Virus record (IMG/VR): IMGVR_UViG_3300045988_130114
Coordinates: 1-64,000 of that record
From: a virus
Direction: 5' to 3' (one strand)
DNA: 64,000 bases
The first letter of the stretch is position 1. Each line of letters starts with the position of its first letter. A program made the position numbers and the translations under genes. Shown piece by piece: positions 53,870 to 63,349 of the stretch. The notes beneath the pieces were generated by a model. That model worked only from the letters and a program-made list of their open reading frames with translations, was not told where the DNA came from and did no database searches.

Positions 53870-54141
53870 TGAGCATGCAAATTCCTTGGAAAGAAGGAGA
53901 AGGCAACATCGTTATCACTCCCGGTTCAAATGGAACCGCAAGCGTGTCAAGCGATGTTGCCAACGAAGGACTTGACAGGGAGCAGACTGTTGTGTTTAGG
54001 ACAACTAATAGTGGAGTACAGGCATCTGTCTCCACTACCATCTCCCAAATAGGCAAGAGACAGGCATTTGCTGTTGCTGAAGGACGTTTCTTGTTGTCAG
54101 ATGGAAGTACGTTTAATGTGATTAAAAAAGAGTTTGCATGA
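53869..54141 (+). CDS. BACON-like Ig-domain protein
   Basis: TAATG overlap start; WKEGEGNIVIT...SSDVANEGLDREQTVVFRT....ISQIG. Confidence 0.5.
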   Translation: MSMQIPWKEGEGNIVITPGSNGTASVSSDVANEGLDREQTVVFRTTNSGVQASVSTTISQIGKRQAFAVAEGRFLLSDGSTFNVIKKEFA

Positions 54142-54539
54142 GTGATTATAATAGCGGATTTACAGGGGATAGAGTTGTAGAATTGCTGAACATGATTCCC
54201 GACTTGGCAAAGGCAGACTTGTCTAACGCTATGACTGTATCCTTGGGCATGAACGGATATGCTAAGTTTAATAATGGTTTATTGATTCAGTGGGGATACA
54301 AGTCAAGCTCAAGCAACGACACCTATGTGTATTTACCACTATCATTTTATAATACCAGTTATGTTCCTGTGATTACCTACTACGAACCGGGCAGCGGTAT
54401 GAATGTTGTTTCTGGTTTTATAATATCGGTAGGTACAAACCTTTTTAGAATGCGTAGTAGATATACCGTTGGGGATAGTAATGGTACTGGCGCGGGAACT
54501 AATCCTTTTTATTGGATAGCCGTTGGGCGTTGGAAATAA
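54138..54539 (+). CDS. tail-fibre tip domain protein (gp53-like C-terminal domain)
   Basis: NGLLIQWGY....VYLPLSF pattern. Confidence 0.5.
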   Translation: MSDYNSGFTGDRVVELLNMIPDLAKADLSNAMTVSLGMNGYAKFNNGLLIQWGYKSSSSNDTYVYLPLSFYNTSYVPVITYYEPGSGMNVVSGFIISVGTNLFRMRSRYTVGDSNGTGAGTNPFYWIAVGRWK

Positions 54540-54547
54540 ATAATATT

Positions 54548-55081
54548 ATGGCAAAATATTGGAAACAAGGATTCTACGATGAGCCACAAGAAGGTTCAGT
54601 AGAGATAACGGAAGAATACTGGCAGGAGTTGCTGGACGGTCAGTCATCCGGAAAGGAAATAAGGGAGAACGAAAGCGGCTATCCCGTATTGGTTGATCAT
54701 GAGTATACCCTTGATGAACTAAAAGAGATGAAGATAGCGGATATTAATGCTTATGACAAGTCAGACGCTGTGAATTCATTCACTCTCTCCGGAAAGAGAA
54801 TGTGGCTTACCAAAGAGGACCGCGTAGGTCTTGTTAACTCAATCAATATTGAGAAGCAGGCCGGAAGACTGGATACCGTTTTATGGTTTGATGCGGTAAA
54901 GTATACGATACCTGTTTCAAGTGCTCTCCTTATGCTGAACTCATTAGAGTTATATGCTCTTGATTGCTATAATGTGACGCAGCAGCATATTGCTTTCGTT
55001 CGGGGATTGCAGACGGGAGAGGAAGTCGAGTCTTACAACTACAAGACCGGTTATCCGAATAAACTAGAGTTTTCATTATAA
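54548..55081 (+). CDS. DUF4376-like tail-fibre assembly/chaperone-like protein
   Basis: ATG 54548; LDELKEMKIADINAYDKSDAVNSFTLSGKRMWL pattern. Confidence 0.5.
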   Translation: MAKYWKQGFYDEPQEGSVEITEEYWQELLDGQSSGKEIRENESGYPVLVDHEYTLDELKEMKIADINAYDKSDAVNSFTLSGKRMWLTKEDRVGLVNSINIEKQAGRLDTVLWFDAVKYTIPVSSALLMLNSLELYALDCYNVTQQHIAFVRGLQTGEEVESYNYKTGYPNKLEFSL

Positions 55082-55093
55082 ACAGATAAAACT

Positions 55094-55591
55094 ATGATTT
55101 TGGCAATACTATCATTATTGGTTTTCGCATCTTATGTTGGTGTGATGATTTACAAGACAAAGGGTATCCCTTATTCTATTTCCGATACCTATTACATTCT
55201 GAGTAACAGGTATTGGTTCGGTATATGCATGATTCTCCCGTCTTTGTTGTTGCTTCCGGCCGCATTGGATGCAAGTACAGAAAACAGTCAGTTCCTGATC
55301 TTTCTTTCTGTAGCCGGAATGATTGTATTGGGAGTATCCCCGAATTTTAAAGGAGCACACAAGAAAGCTCATATAGCCGGCGCGGTGATGTCGCTTGTAT
55401 TCTCCCAAATATGGGTAGGATGCAATTCGTGGTATTGGCTGCTGCTATGGGCTGCATTTCTGATCTACGCGATAACGTTTGTAGTCAAGAATTGGTCCGG
55501 AAACCTTATATGGGACCTGACGGCATGCAAATCGATGTTCTGGATTGAGTTAATTTCATTGCTAACCGTTTACTTGACTTGTTTGCTATGA
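55094..55591 (+). CDS. polytopic membrane protein (4-5 TM)
   Basis: Hydrophobicity; upstream of the holin with an ATGA overlap. Confidence 0.5.
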   Translation: MILAILSLLVFASYVGVMIYKTKGIPYSISDTYYILSNRYWFGICMILPSLLLLPAALDASTENSQFLIFLSVAGMIVLGVSPNFKGAHKKAHIAGAVMSLVFSQIWVGCNSWYWLLLWAAFLIYAITFVVKNWSGNLIWDLTACKSMFWIELISLLTVYLTCLL

Positions 55592-56040
55592 AGGAAGCTA
55601 TAGTACATACAACTACAGGCGGATTTGCGGCAATCGCTACCGCATTTGTTTCCGAGTCATTGCAGAATATGATTCCGTGGCTGATTGTATCATGCGCGGT
55701 AATCCTTTGTGATCTTCTCTTCGGTGTCAGAAAAAGTATGCTAATGGGTGAAAAAGTCAGATTCTCTCGTGCAATTCGCGCTACTATGGGAAAGATGGTT
55801 ACTTATTTTGCTTTTGTCTGCATGGTCTGCATGATCACTGTGGCAAGTCATAGCGAATATCCTATCGATGTATATTCCTGCTTATTGGTATGCTTTATTG
55901 AAGGGTGTTCGATTGTCGGCAATATATTGAAACCAAAGGGGATCAATATAAATGTAATTGGAGCTTTGGGAGTCTTTGGAAAGAAGGTGTTCAAGGTTGA
56001 TAAAGAAGATGTGAAGGAGATTATAGAAAAGGAGAAGTAA
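55588..56040 (+). CDS. holin (phage_holin_4_1-like)
   Basis: ATG 55588; multi-TM; LCDLLFGVRKS and FIEGCSIVGNILK motifs. Confidence 0.65.
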   Translation: MKEAIVHTTTGGFAAIATAFVSESLQNMIPWLIVSCAVILCDLLFGVRKSMLMGEKVRFSRAIRATMGKMVTYFAFVCMVCMITVASHSEYPIDVYSCLLVCFIEGCSIVGNILKPKGININVIGALGVFGKKVFKVDKEDVKEIIEKEK

Positions 56041-56048
56041 GTATGAAT

Positions 56049-56501
56049 TTATACACTATTATTTATGTTCTTCCCTTTTTGCTTTTTATCATACTCTATG
56101 CATTTGCGGAGAATAAGCCCAAAAATGGCAAAAGGAGTGTAAAGAATCGCAGAAGCTTGAAGAAACGTAGTTAAAGCATGTTCATATCCTAGGATGTAAT
56201 CTGAAGGAGATATAAGTAATTTAGACGATGTCACTAATATGGGAAGAATTAGTATAAAGGCTTCTAGTTTGTATCTTCTTTTTGATATAGAAGAACATAG
56301 ACATAACCATATAAAAGAAAAGTAAATGGATAATATAGAAGAAGTTGCCGTAAATATGATTTGCAAATATACATCGAGAGATTTAAACTCTGGTATATAT
56401 AAATACAAAATAGAAAAGCATAGTGGCAGTTGTATGCAAAATCCTGTAAATACATTCTTTTGTTCAGCGTTATAGCTTTTTATTAATTCTGAAATATCCA
56501 T
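56049..56501 (-). CDS. counter-oriented polytopic membrane protein
   Basis: ORF track; about 4 TM; very AT-rich; inserted between the holin and the endolysin. Confidence 0.55.
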   Translation of the reverse strand: MDISELIKSYNAEQKNVFTGFCIQLPLCFSILYLYIPEFKSLDVYLQIIFTATSSILSIYFSFIWLCLCSSISKRRYKLEAFILILPILVTSSKLLISPSDYILGYEHALTTFLQASAILYTPFAIFGLILRKCIEYDKKQKGKNINNSV

Positions 56502-56545
56502 AGGTGTATCATTTTTTGCAAAAGTAATAAATTATAAAATAGAAA

Positions 56546-56815
56546 ATGAATATGATAAATAAAATCAGCGCACTAGCCGGCAAGCTTCTATCCATGATAG
56601 GCATAGACGGCATGGTCCACATTATAGTATGCCAGAATTTGGTTATGTGGCTATCAAAATATATTCCGCTATGGTTAGCGGTCGCTATAACCGTTGCGAT
56701 CTTTATTCTGAAGGAAATATACGACAAGTATTGTAAGAAAAGCGAGTTTTCCATCAAGGATATTATCTGTGATTGCGGAGGTTTGGCGTTGGGAGTATTA
56801 ACATTAATTTTATAG
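56546..56815 (+). CDS. small membrane protein (lysis-associated?)
   Basis: Three hydrophobic segments; directly upstream of the endolysin. Confidence 0.45.
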   Translation: MNMINKISALAGKLLSMIGIDGMVHIIVCQNLVMWLSKYIPLWLAVAITVAIFILKEIYDKYCKKSEFSIKDIICDCGGLALGVLTLIL

Positions 56816-56827
56816 GAGGAAACATAT

Positions 56828-57346
56828 ATGGCAGATGTGAAGAAATTGGCACCGTTTATTCTAAAATGGGAAGGCGGTTTCGTTAATGATCCGGATGATT
56901 TGGGAGGTGCTACTAATATGGGTGTAACAATCGCTACCTATGAGGCGTATTGTAGAAAGAAAGGCTATCCTAAACCGACTATAGAGAGACTAAAGAATCT
57001 TTCCAAGGAGGAATGGACAGAGATATTGAAAACTATGTACTGGGATAGATGGAAGGCAGACGAGATCAAGTCTCAGTCGGTCGCTAATATTTTAGTTGAT
57101 TGGATATGGGCCTCCGGTATTCATGGTATCAAGATTCCGCAGGAATTGGTTGGTGTAATGCCGGACGGAATTGTCGGACCAAAAACTATAGCGGCAGTTA
57201 ATTCTAAGAATCCACGCGAGTTATTCGATCGTATCAAGATTGCCCGCTTCGATTTTATAGAAGATATCTGCCGGAAGCGTCCCGCAAACAACAAGTTCAA
57301 ACGCGGATGGTTGAACAGAGTTAACGATATCAAATTTGAATCATAA
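56828..57346 (+). CDS. endolysin, GH108 muramidase with PG-binding domain
   Basis: [24 protein letters not shown] is the GH108 signature; C-terminal DGIVGPKT is PG_binding_3-like. Confidence 0.9.
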   Translation: MADVKKLAPFILKWEGGFVNDPDDLGGATNMGVTIATYEAYCRKKGYPKPTIERLKNLSKEEWTEILKTMYWDRWKADEIKSQSVANILVDWIWASGIHGIKIPQELVGVMPDGIVGPKTIAAVNSKNPRELFDRIKIARFDFIEDICRKRPANNKFKRGWLNRVNDIKFES

Positions 57347-57363
57347 TAAGAGGAGGAACAATC

Positions 57364-57645
57364 ATGAAATCAACAGTTATAACCTTCACAAAGGGTGAGA
57401 AGAATTATGTAAGCGATGCCGTTCAGGTAAATTCTGCGGAAGTAGGATTGCAGATTACATTTGAAAAAGGCGGTAAACTTTGGGTGTATATAAGCTATGA
57501 CGGGCAGAATTACTCTTCAGTGGACAGCAGAAACTACACAAAAGACTTTGCTCGTTCGATTGTCGGTTGTATCCCTGGACAGTATCTCAAAATCGAATGT
57601 GAAACAGAACCGGTAAAGGCTTCTATCTTTGAATCGGAAGAATAA
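57364..57645 (+). CDS. hypothetical protein
   Basis: ORF track; overlaps the next start. Confidence 0.5.
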   Translation: MKSTVITFTKGEKNYVSDAVQVNSAEVGLQITFEKGGKLWVYISYDGQNYSSVDSRNYTKDFARSIVGCIPGQYLKIECETEPVKASIFESEE

Positions 57646-60182
57646 TGGACGCAATAGGATTAAATCCAATTAAGCTTGATGCGATAGGGCTTGATCCTAT
57701 TCGCATGAATGCGATACGCTTAGGAGTTCCGGGAGCTTCTTCCGGTTCCGCCCGTCCCTACATCGACCCCGACTTGCTCAAGCACGTCAAGATGGCCATC
57801 TCCACCTGGGGCAAGTCCAACGACGACCCCGACCGGGCAATCTTGAAGGACTTGTCCGGCAACGGGAACGACATGCGCCTGCTGAACTTCGGATTTGCAG
57901 AGGGCAGTGGATATGGGCTGTATGGAACTGATTTTACTACTTATCAAACTGTTCCTGCCTCTGTAGAAGTTGTTAGAACACATAATAAACTATCTGCTAC
58001 AAATCATGGCATTATAGGTCATATGATTATCTATAAAACCATTGAAGATTCTTCTAGTTATCCGGATACTCCTGCTTTTAAAATAAAAGTTACTAATTTA
58101 ACTAGCGAATTAAGATACTTTTATGTTAGTGAGACCAATACGGCTATCAGAACTTCAATTGCTATTACTTCTGATGGAGTGTATGATTTGCCTGAATCTA
58201 AGAATACATTATTTAATGGCACAGAACCTATTAATATTGGATTCTCAACATCCGCCGGCGGTTCTGTTACTATCGAGCAACTCCCCGACTTCGAAGGCTG
58301 GCTATGTACAGACGGAGTAGACGACATAATCGAGTCCGTCAAGCCCGTCTCTGAGATGTTGGAGGGTAGCAATGAGATTACGGTGGTGAGTATTATTCAT
58401 CAGATATCAACTCCAAATACCAATAATTATACTAATGTAATTAGAACTAAAGCTGATTCTTATGGTGTTTCTATCGCAGTAGGGAAAGATGTAAGCAATG
58501 GTAAAACAGGAATATATGGATATACGGTAAAAGAAGGTAGTGCTACTATTATTAATTCAATATTAGGAGATAAAGCTGATTATACCCTTAGATACAACAA
58601 TATTAATGCAAATATTGATTCTAAATTTTTTGTACAGGGTTGGTATCTTAATGGAAGTTACAGAGAATTATCTCAGATCGCTTACGCCGGAGGCTTCATC
58701 GCCAACAAAGTCCTGACCACCGACGAAATCAATCAGATCATCTCCTATTTCAACTTGGACCGTCCGGGACAGATTATCAAGCCTCAGTTGTACTACAACA
58801 TCAAGAAGCAGGGTATCACAAACGAGAACCACGCAGAGTTCAACGATCAGTTGATTGACTTTGTAGGAGGTCACAACATTCAGCTAAACAATATCGGCTG
58901 GGAAGGAGAGAGTGGTATCAATAGCTATCCTGTAATTTTCGGTGTTAATAAGACTTGGAATGCTCAAGGTAGTAAAGAGGATGATAAATATTATATTTAT
59001 ACTAGTAGTGCTAATAAGTATAATATTACACAAATTAAAATTAGTAGTTCTTTATTTTATAGTTATATAAAAAGGAATGGAGAGTTAACTAGTGATAATA
59101 AAGATATACCATCTTTTAAACTTAAAGTAACTGGATTAGACTATGATAAATTTTACTTAGCTTATTATTATTTAAAATCATCAGATGTAGAAGTTAAGAA
59201 TGTTACTAATATTACTTCTGATGGAATTTATGAATTGCCTAAATCGTTTGCTAGTGACGGAAGTTTAACTGAAACTAATTCTTACATAGGATTAAGTTTT
59301 ATTAGAAAATCAGCTAATATTCCTGATGTAGTAAAAAATGTAAATGTTACCATCGAAGTCCTCCCCACCATCGAACACGCTCTCAGCCTAGACGGAATCA
59401 ACGACTTCGGCAAGGTAACCGGTCTCCCTGTTTTGAAGGACTATACGGTAGTGGCTCTTCGTAAATGGTTATATGGTGATTCTGTAACAAGTACTGAAAC
59501 TGGCTCTATTGTTTCTAAATGTAAAGTTGGTAATAACGGTGCTTTTATTTTAGAACAGACGTTTAATCGAAATCCTTCTCGCTCTAGCACCTTTTCTTTT
59601 GGCACAATTAACTCGTTGATGAGTAACGATAAGTTGAACGAAGAATCATTTACTTATCAAACTAAATATAGTTATAACGGGGAGACTATAGTATCTGGTT
59701 CCGGTGTTGATGGTGACTCCATGTGGCTAGGAACGATTAGAGACGGTGATGCTCGTTTCTCTAAACTTGCATTATGGTCTCTCATGCTCTTCCCCTACAG
59801 TCTCTCCGAGTTCCTGTTGGAACGCCAACTGAGAAAGTACAAGGCAGGAACGCTATATCCGGATATGATTGAGTTCAGACCGATTGTAAAGAGTAACATC
59901 CCTTACTCTTCAATCTCCTACTCAGTTAATCCAGGAGAATACATTGTCGAAGGTAGCGCAGTAACTATCACCATAACCTTGTCAAATGCTTCTGATAAAC
60001 TGGTCGGTGTATCATCCAACGCCATCAGCGACATATCCACCTCTGGAGACAATGGTGTCTATGAAGTAACCGGAAAGGTCGCCAAGTCTCCTCAGAAGAT
60101 CAGCATAGTTATCTCCAGCTACTTGACAATGTTAGGTAACGAGACTTTAATTTCGAATAAAAAATTAATTAAAAACGAATAA
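57645..60182 (+). CDS. internally duplicated LamG/ConA-like lectin-fold protein (receptor-binding candidate)
   Basis: Two homologous halves (PAFKIKVTNL/PSFKLKVTGL; ITSDGVYDLPESK/ITSDGIYELPKSF; VTIEQLPDFEGWLCTDGVDD/VTIEVLPTIEHALSLDGIND). Confidence 0.75.
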   Translation: MDAIGLNPIKLDAIGLDPIRMNAIRLGVPGASSGSARPYIDPDLLKHVKMAISTWGKSNDDPDRAILKDLSGNGNDMRLLNFGFAEGSGYGLYGTDFTTYQTVPASVEVVRTHNKLSATNHGIIGHMIIYKTIEDSSSYPDTPAFKIKVTNLTSELRYFYVSETNTAIRTSIAITSDGVYDLPESKNTLFNGTEPINIGFSTSAGGSVTIEQLPDFEGWLCTDGVDDIIESVKPVSEMLEGSNEITVVSIIHQISTPNTNNYTNVIRTKADSYGVSIAVGKDVSNGKTGIYGYTVKEGSATIINSILGDKADYTLRYNNINANIDSKFFVQGWYLNGSYRELSQIAYAGGFIANKVLTTDEINQIISYFNLDRPGQIIKPQLYYNIKKQGITNENHAEFNDQLIDFVGGHNIQLNNIGWEGESGINSYPVIFGVNKTWNAQGSKEDDKYYIYTSSANKYNITQIKISSSLFYSYIKRNGELTSDNKDIPSFKLKVTGLDYDKFYLAYYYLKSSDVEVKNVTNITSDGIYELPKSFASDGSLTETNSYIGLSFIRKSANIPDVVKNVNVTIEVLPTIEHALSLDGINDFGKVTGLPVLKDYTVVALRKWLYGDSVTSTETGSIVSKCKVGNNGAFILEQTFNRNPSRSSTFSFGTINSLMSNDKLNEESFTYQTKYSYNGETIVSGSGVDGDSMWLGTIRDGDARFSKLALWSLMLFPYSLSEFLLERQLRKYKAGTLYPDMIEFRPIVKSNIPYSSISYSVNPGEYIVEGSAVTITITLSNASDKLVGVSSNAISDISTSGDNGVYEVTGKVAKSPQKISIVISSYLTMLGNETLISNKKLIKNE
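57648..57731 (+). repeat. 2.8 x 30-nt tandem repeat encoding DAIGLNPIKL/DAIGLDPIRM/NAIRLGVPG
   Basis: Direct reading at the 5' end of the gene. Confidence 0.75.
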
Positions 60183-60183
60183 T

Positions 60184-61824
60184 ATGGAAAAGATATTTGA
60201 TATAGCAAAGGACTCCGAAAAGTCGTGGGGAGTCATTGCGCAAGGGATAGATGGGAATTTTGAGGAGTTAAGCCTCAAAGTGGACGGAACGCGGAGGATT
60301 ACTGGTAAGGATTTCTATAATGGACTGTATGAGTATGGAACCGGTATCAAGGATAGCAGGTATAATGTTGTATGTGGCCCATTGAAAATTTCTGTAGGAG
60401 AAAAAATAAACATTGTTCCTTCTGGTACAACAAAAATGGGAGCAAGAATATTCGACAGCGAGAATCTCACCAATGCGACTACGTTGAAGAATACAATTGA
60501 TATATTATCAGAATACGAATATATTTCAGAATTTGACGGATATATTCTTTTTAGCGCAAACGACACAAGAGGTGTTGTTATTTCTGCTGAAACATGCACA
60601 GTTTCAATTTCGCTTGTCAACAATTTAACAGATAAGATAAACGACAAGATTGAAAAGTTAGAAGAAGAAGTTTCAAATTTAGATATTAATATATGTTGCA
60701 CTCCATTTTCTCACGTAAATACGACGATAGTAAACGATTGCCAGCATAGCGATTCGTATGAATTGTCAAACGGAGAAATTGACGCAACAAACAAACTGCT
60801 TTGGAATCATTCGTTGCATATAAACAACGGAAATGTTGTGTTTAAGATAAATCCTATTAACCTTGTTGACAATGTTTTATCGTTAAAGATGATGATAAAT
60901 AGCATTGCATCAAGCGAAAAAAGCGTAGAGGTTAAGATATATAACAACACAGAGTCAAACAATTACTATGTTTATGAATTGATGCGGGCAAACGTCAACA
61001 CTGTATATGGCACATGGCGTGAATACACAATACCATCACTTGCGTATTGGTATAAAAATGGAAATTCTGTCAATCTAGAGAGTATCGACAGAATATCTAT
61101 CAGTGGAGTTAATTGCGATTTTAATGTACAGTATGTAGGAATTAAGTCAAATAGACTGAAAAAAGGTATTGTGACATTTACATTTGACGACGGCTATAAG
61201 TCACAAGCTCTTGCTATGAAGGCTCTCGCAGAAAGAGGATTGAGCGGAACTATCTTTGCAATAAAGGATACTTTTAGCTATGGCGATGATAGTGAATACC
61301 TCAACTTAAATGGATTTAGAGAAGTTGTTGATAAATATAACGCTGATATAGAGTGTCACGGAGCATCATCATTTGATGATATGTCAGACGATAATGAATT
61401 GGCTACGTATATGCAGCAAACGAAACAAATGCTTATTGATAACGGACTTGGAAAGGGAGACTATATGGCATATCCAAATGGATTCCACTCTGATCGAGTT
61501 GTCAACATTGCGAAAAGATTCTTTAAGGCATGCCGAACAATCCAGAATTATATACCGATGGAAACCTATCCCCCGTATGATTTGTATCGAATAAGAGCGT
61601 ACAGTAATATCAAGTCATCAAGTACAGACAAGATTAAACAGCTTATTGACAGGTCTGTAGCTTCTGGGGCATGGCTTATTTTAGTATATCATAAAATTGA
61701 AGATGGAGAAACGGGGATGTATTGCAGCCTTGAGTCATTAGAGGAAGTAATTGACTATGCTGTCAATTCGGGTATTAGGATTATGAACTTTAAGGATGTC
61801 TTTGAATCTGGAGTCGTTATTTAA
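60184..61824 (+). CDS. tail-associated protein with C-terminal NodB/CE4 polysaccharide deacetylase domain
   Basis: GIVTFTFDDGYKSQ (TFDDG motif) and IECHGASSFDD, YPNGFHSDR in the C-terminal 220 aa. Confidence 0.75.
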   Translation: MEKIFDIAKDSEKSWGVIAQGIDGNFEELSLKVDGTRRITGKDFYNGLYEYGTGIKDSRYNVVCGPLKISVGEKINIVPSGTTKMGARIFDSENLTNATTLKNTIDILSEYEYISEFDGYILFSANDTRGVVISAETCTVSISLVNNLTDKINDKIEKLEEEVSNLDINICCTPFSHVNTTIVNDCQHSDSYELSNGEIDATNKLLWNHSLHINNGNVVFKINPINLVDNVLSLKMMINSIASSEKSVEVKIYNNTESNNYYVYELMRANVNTVYGTWREYTIPSLAYWYKNGNSVNLESIDRISISGVNCDFNVQYVGIKSNRLKKGIVTFTFDDGYKSQALAMKALAERGLSGTIFAIKDTFSYGDDSEYLNLNGFREVVDKYNADIECHGASSFDDMSDDNELATYMQQTKQMLIDNGLGKGDYMAYPNGFHSDRVVNIAKRFFKACRTIQNYIPMETYPPYDLYRIRAYSNIKSSSTDKIKQLIDRSVASGAWLILVYHKIEDGETGMYCSLESLEEVIDYAVNSGIRIMNFKDVFESGVVI

Positions 61825-61881
61825 CGTAAGTCAACTACTTAAGATAACTCAATATTAACTGACTTGTTATAAAAAGCAATT

Positions 61882-62154
61882 ATGAAATACACTGTATTCC
61901 CAACAATTGACTTGCAAGAGGTTCCTCAAGAGGAGATAGACAAGCGTAACCTTGTACCTCGCAAGAGCGTAAATGAAAGTAAAACTTTGATGAAATGCCA
62001 GCACTATGCTGAGTTATTTCCTCATAAGATGATTAAGACTATTGCTGATGACGGAACGGAAGAGCTATCTTTTCCTTATCCTACCTATGAAGGCGAAGAG
62101 TTGAATACTTTATTATCCGGTCCGGAGTGGTCATCAAGTGAAAGTATCATATGA
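61882..62154 (+). CDS. hypothetical protein
   Basis: ORF track. Confidence 0.45.
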   Translation: MKYTVFPTIDLQEVPQEEIDKRNLVPRKSVNESKTLMKCQHYAELFPHKMIKTIADDGTEELSFPYPTYEGEELNTLLSGPEWSSSESII

Positions 62155-62615
62155 AATCTCTCCCTTGGATATTAGTCTGCCTGCTTGTATGCGTGGTCGT
62201 GTGGATGCGTTGTAATCCGCACGATCCATCAACGGTGTACATTAAGGGAGATACTGTACGTATCCGGGATACGATAAGAGACACCATTCCCATACCGGTA
62301 AAGGAAACTCTGAAGCGTACCGATACGGTGTATTTGCCGATTATAGTAGATACCACTACCGACAGAACCGTAGAAGGCGATTCGGTTCCGGTACTTATAC
62401 CGATAACAAGCAAGGAGTATAAGACTGATGATTACCGGGCAGTGGTTAGCGGTTATAAGCCCAGCCTTGACTTTATGGAAGTCTACAGAGAAAAGGAAAT
62501 CATTACTCTAAAACCAAAGCAAAAACACTGGGGGCTTGGCCTGCAAGTAGGCTACGGTTATCCAGGTGGATTGTATGTCGGTGGTGGAGTAAGTTATAAT
62601 TTATTTATGTGGTAA
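62151..62615 (+). CDS. N-terminally anchored envelope protein (Gly-rich C-terminus)
   Basis: MKSLPWILVCLLVCVVVW anchor; GLGLQVGYGYPGGLYVGGGVSYN tail; ATGA overlap with the upstream gene. Confidence 0.45.
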   Translation: MKSLPWILVCLLVCVVVWMRCNPHDPSTVYIKGDTVRIRDTIRDTIPIPVKETLKRTDTVYLPIIVDTTTDRTVEGDSVPVLIPITSKEYKTDDYRAVVSGYKPSLDFMEVYREKEIITLKPKQKHWGLGLQVGYGYPGGLYVGGGVSYNLFMW

Positions 62616-62983
62616 TACCGGCACTATCTTCACAGACCGTTTCCGGTATGAAAAGTTTAAGTTGTATTTATATAACAATTTCCATTGGAAAAAGGTTTAT
62701 TAAGAAAGGAGGACAAAATGAGACATTAATTGATTATTAAGCACTAAGTTATCCGGTAAAGTAGAAGGCCGGTTATCATAACAAATGTAACTCTTTTGGG
62801 GGATAGAGTAAAAAAGAACCCCCAACACTGAAAGTTGACGCCAATCGAACTTTTTAGCATACCAAAAGCATACATAGGTAGTGTCGGGGGTATAATATCC
62901 TTAACATTCCTATATATGCTTTTGTTTATTTGGTACTGAGTACGATTGGCAAAGGCAAAAGTACAACAAAAAATTAAATTACT

Positions 62984-63280
62984 ATGTGTAAGTCAGAGAT
63001 TTTTGCCGAGATTCTAAATATTGTTGGGAAAGAAACTGAAGTTTCTACTGAATTGATCCTTTCATCAAGTAAAGTTACTGAAGTTGTTGACGCCCGTTCT
63101 ATTGTAGTATTCTTCCTCACTGAATACGGGCTATATCCTGAACAAATAGCGACTTTGCTTCACAAGACATCCGCTAGTATCCGTTATCTTATATCTACTT
63201 TTGAAAGCCGTAAACTGGCAAACAAAATGATTGCAATATATCTGCAAAATATTCGCAAATCGCTTGAAAATGAGCTCTGA
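62984..63280 (+). CDS. DnaA-C-terminal-like HTH domain protein
   Basis: SSKVTEVVDARSIVVFFLTEYGLYPEQIATLLHKTSASIRYLI resembles the Bac_DnaA_C helix-turn-helix. Confidence 0.45.
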   Translation: MCKSEIFAEILNIVGKETEVSTELILSSSKVTEVVDARSIVVFFLTEYGLYPEQIATLLHKTSASIRYLISTFESRKLANKMIAIYLQNIRKSLENEL

Positions 63281-63349
63281 TTTACCGTATTTCTATTATA
63301 TACTTTTGTGATGCGGTTAATATTGACCGTGTTATAATTGTATATCAAT

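Noticed and set aside
62616-62983. Long intergenic region with several stems (ATACCGG/CCGGTAT at 62615-62649; CCCC.ACAC / GTGT.GGGG around 62819-62899), considered as attP or an ncRNA.
   Set aside because: There is no integrase nearby, no repeat matching elsewhere in the window, and the pairings contain mismatches. The evidence is insufficient to call a feature.
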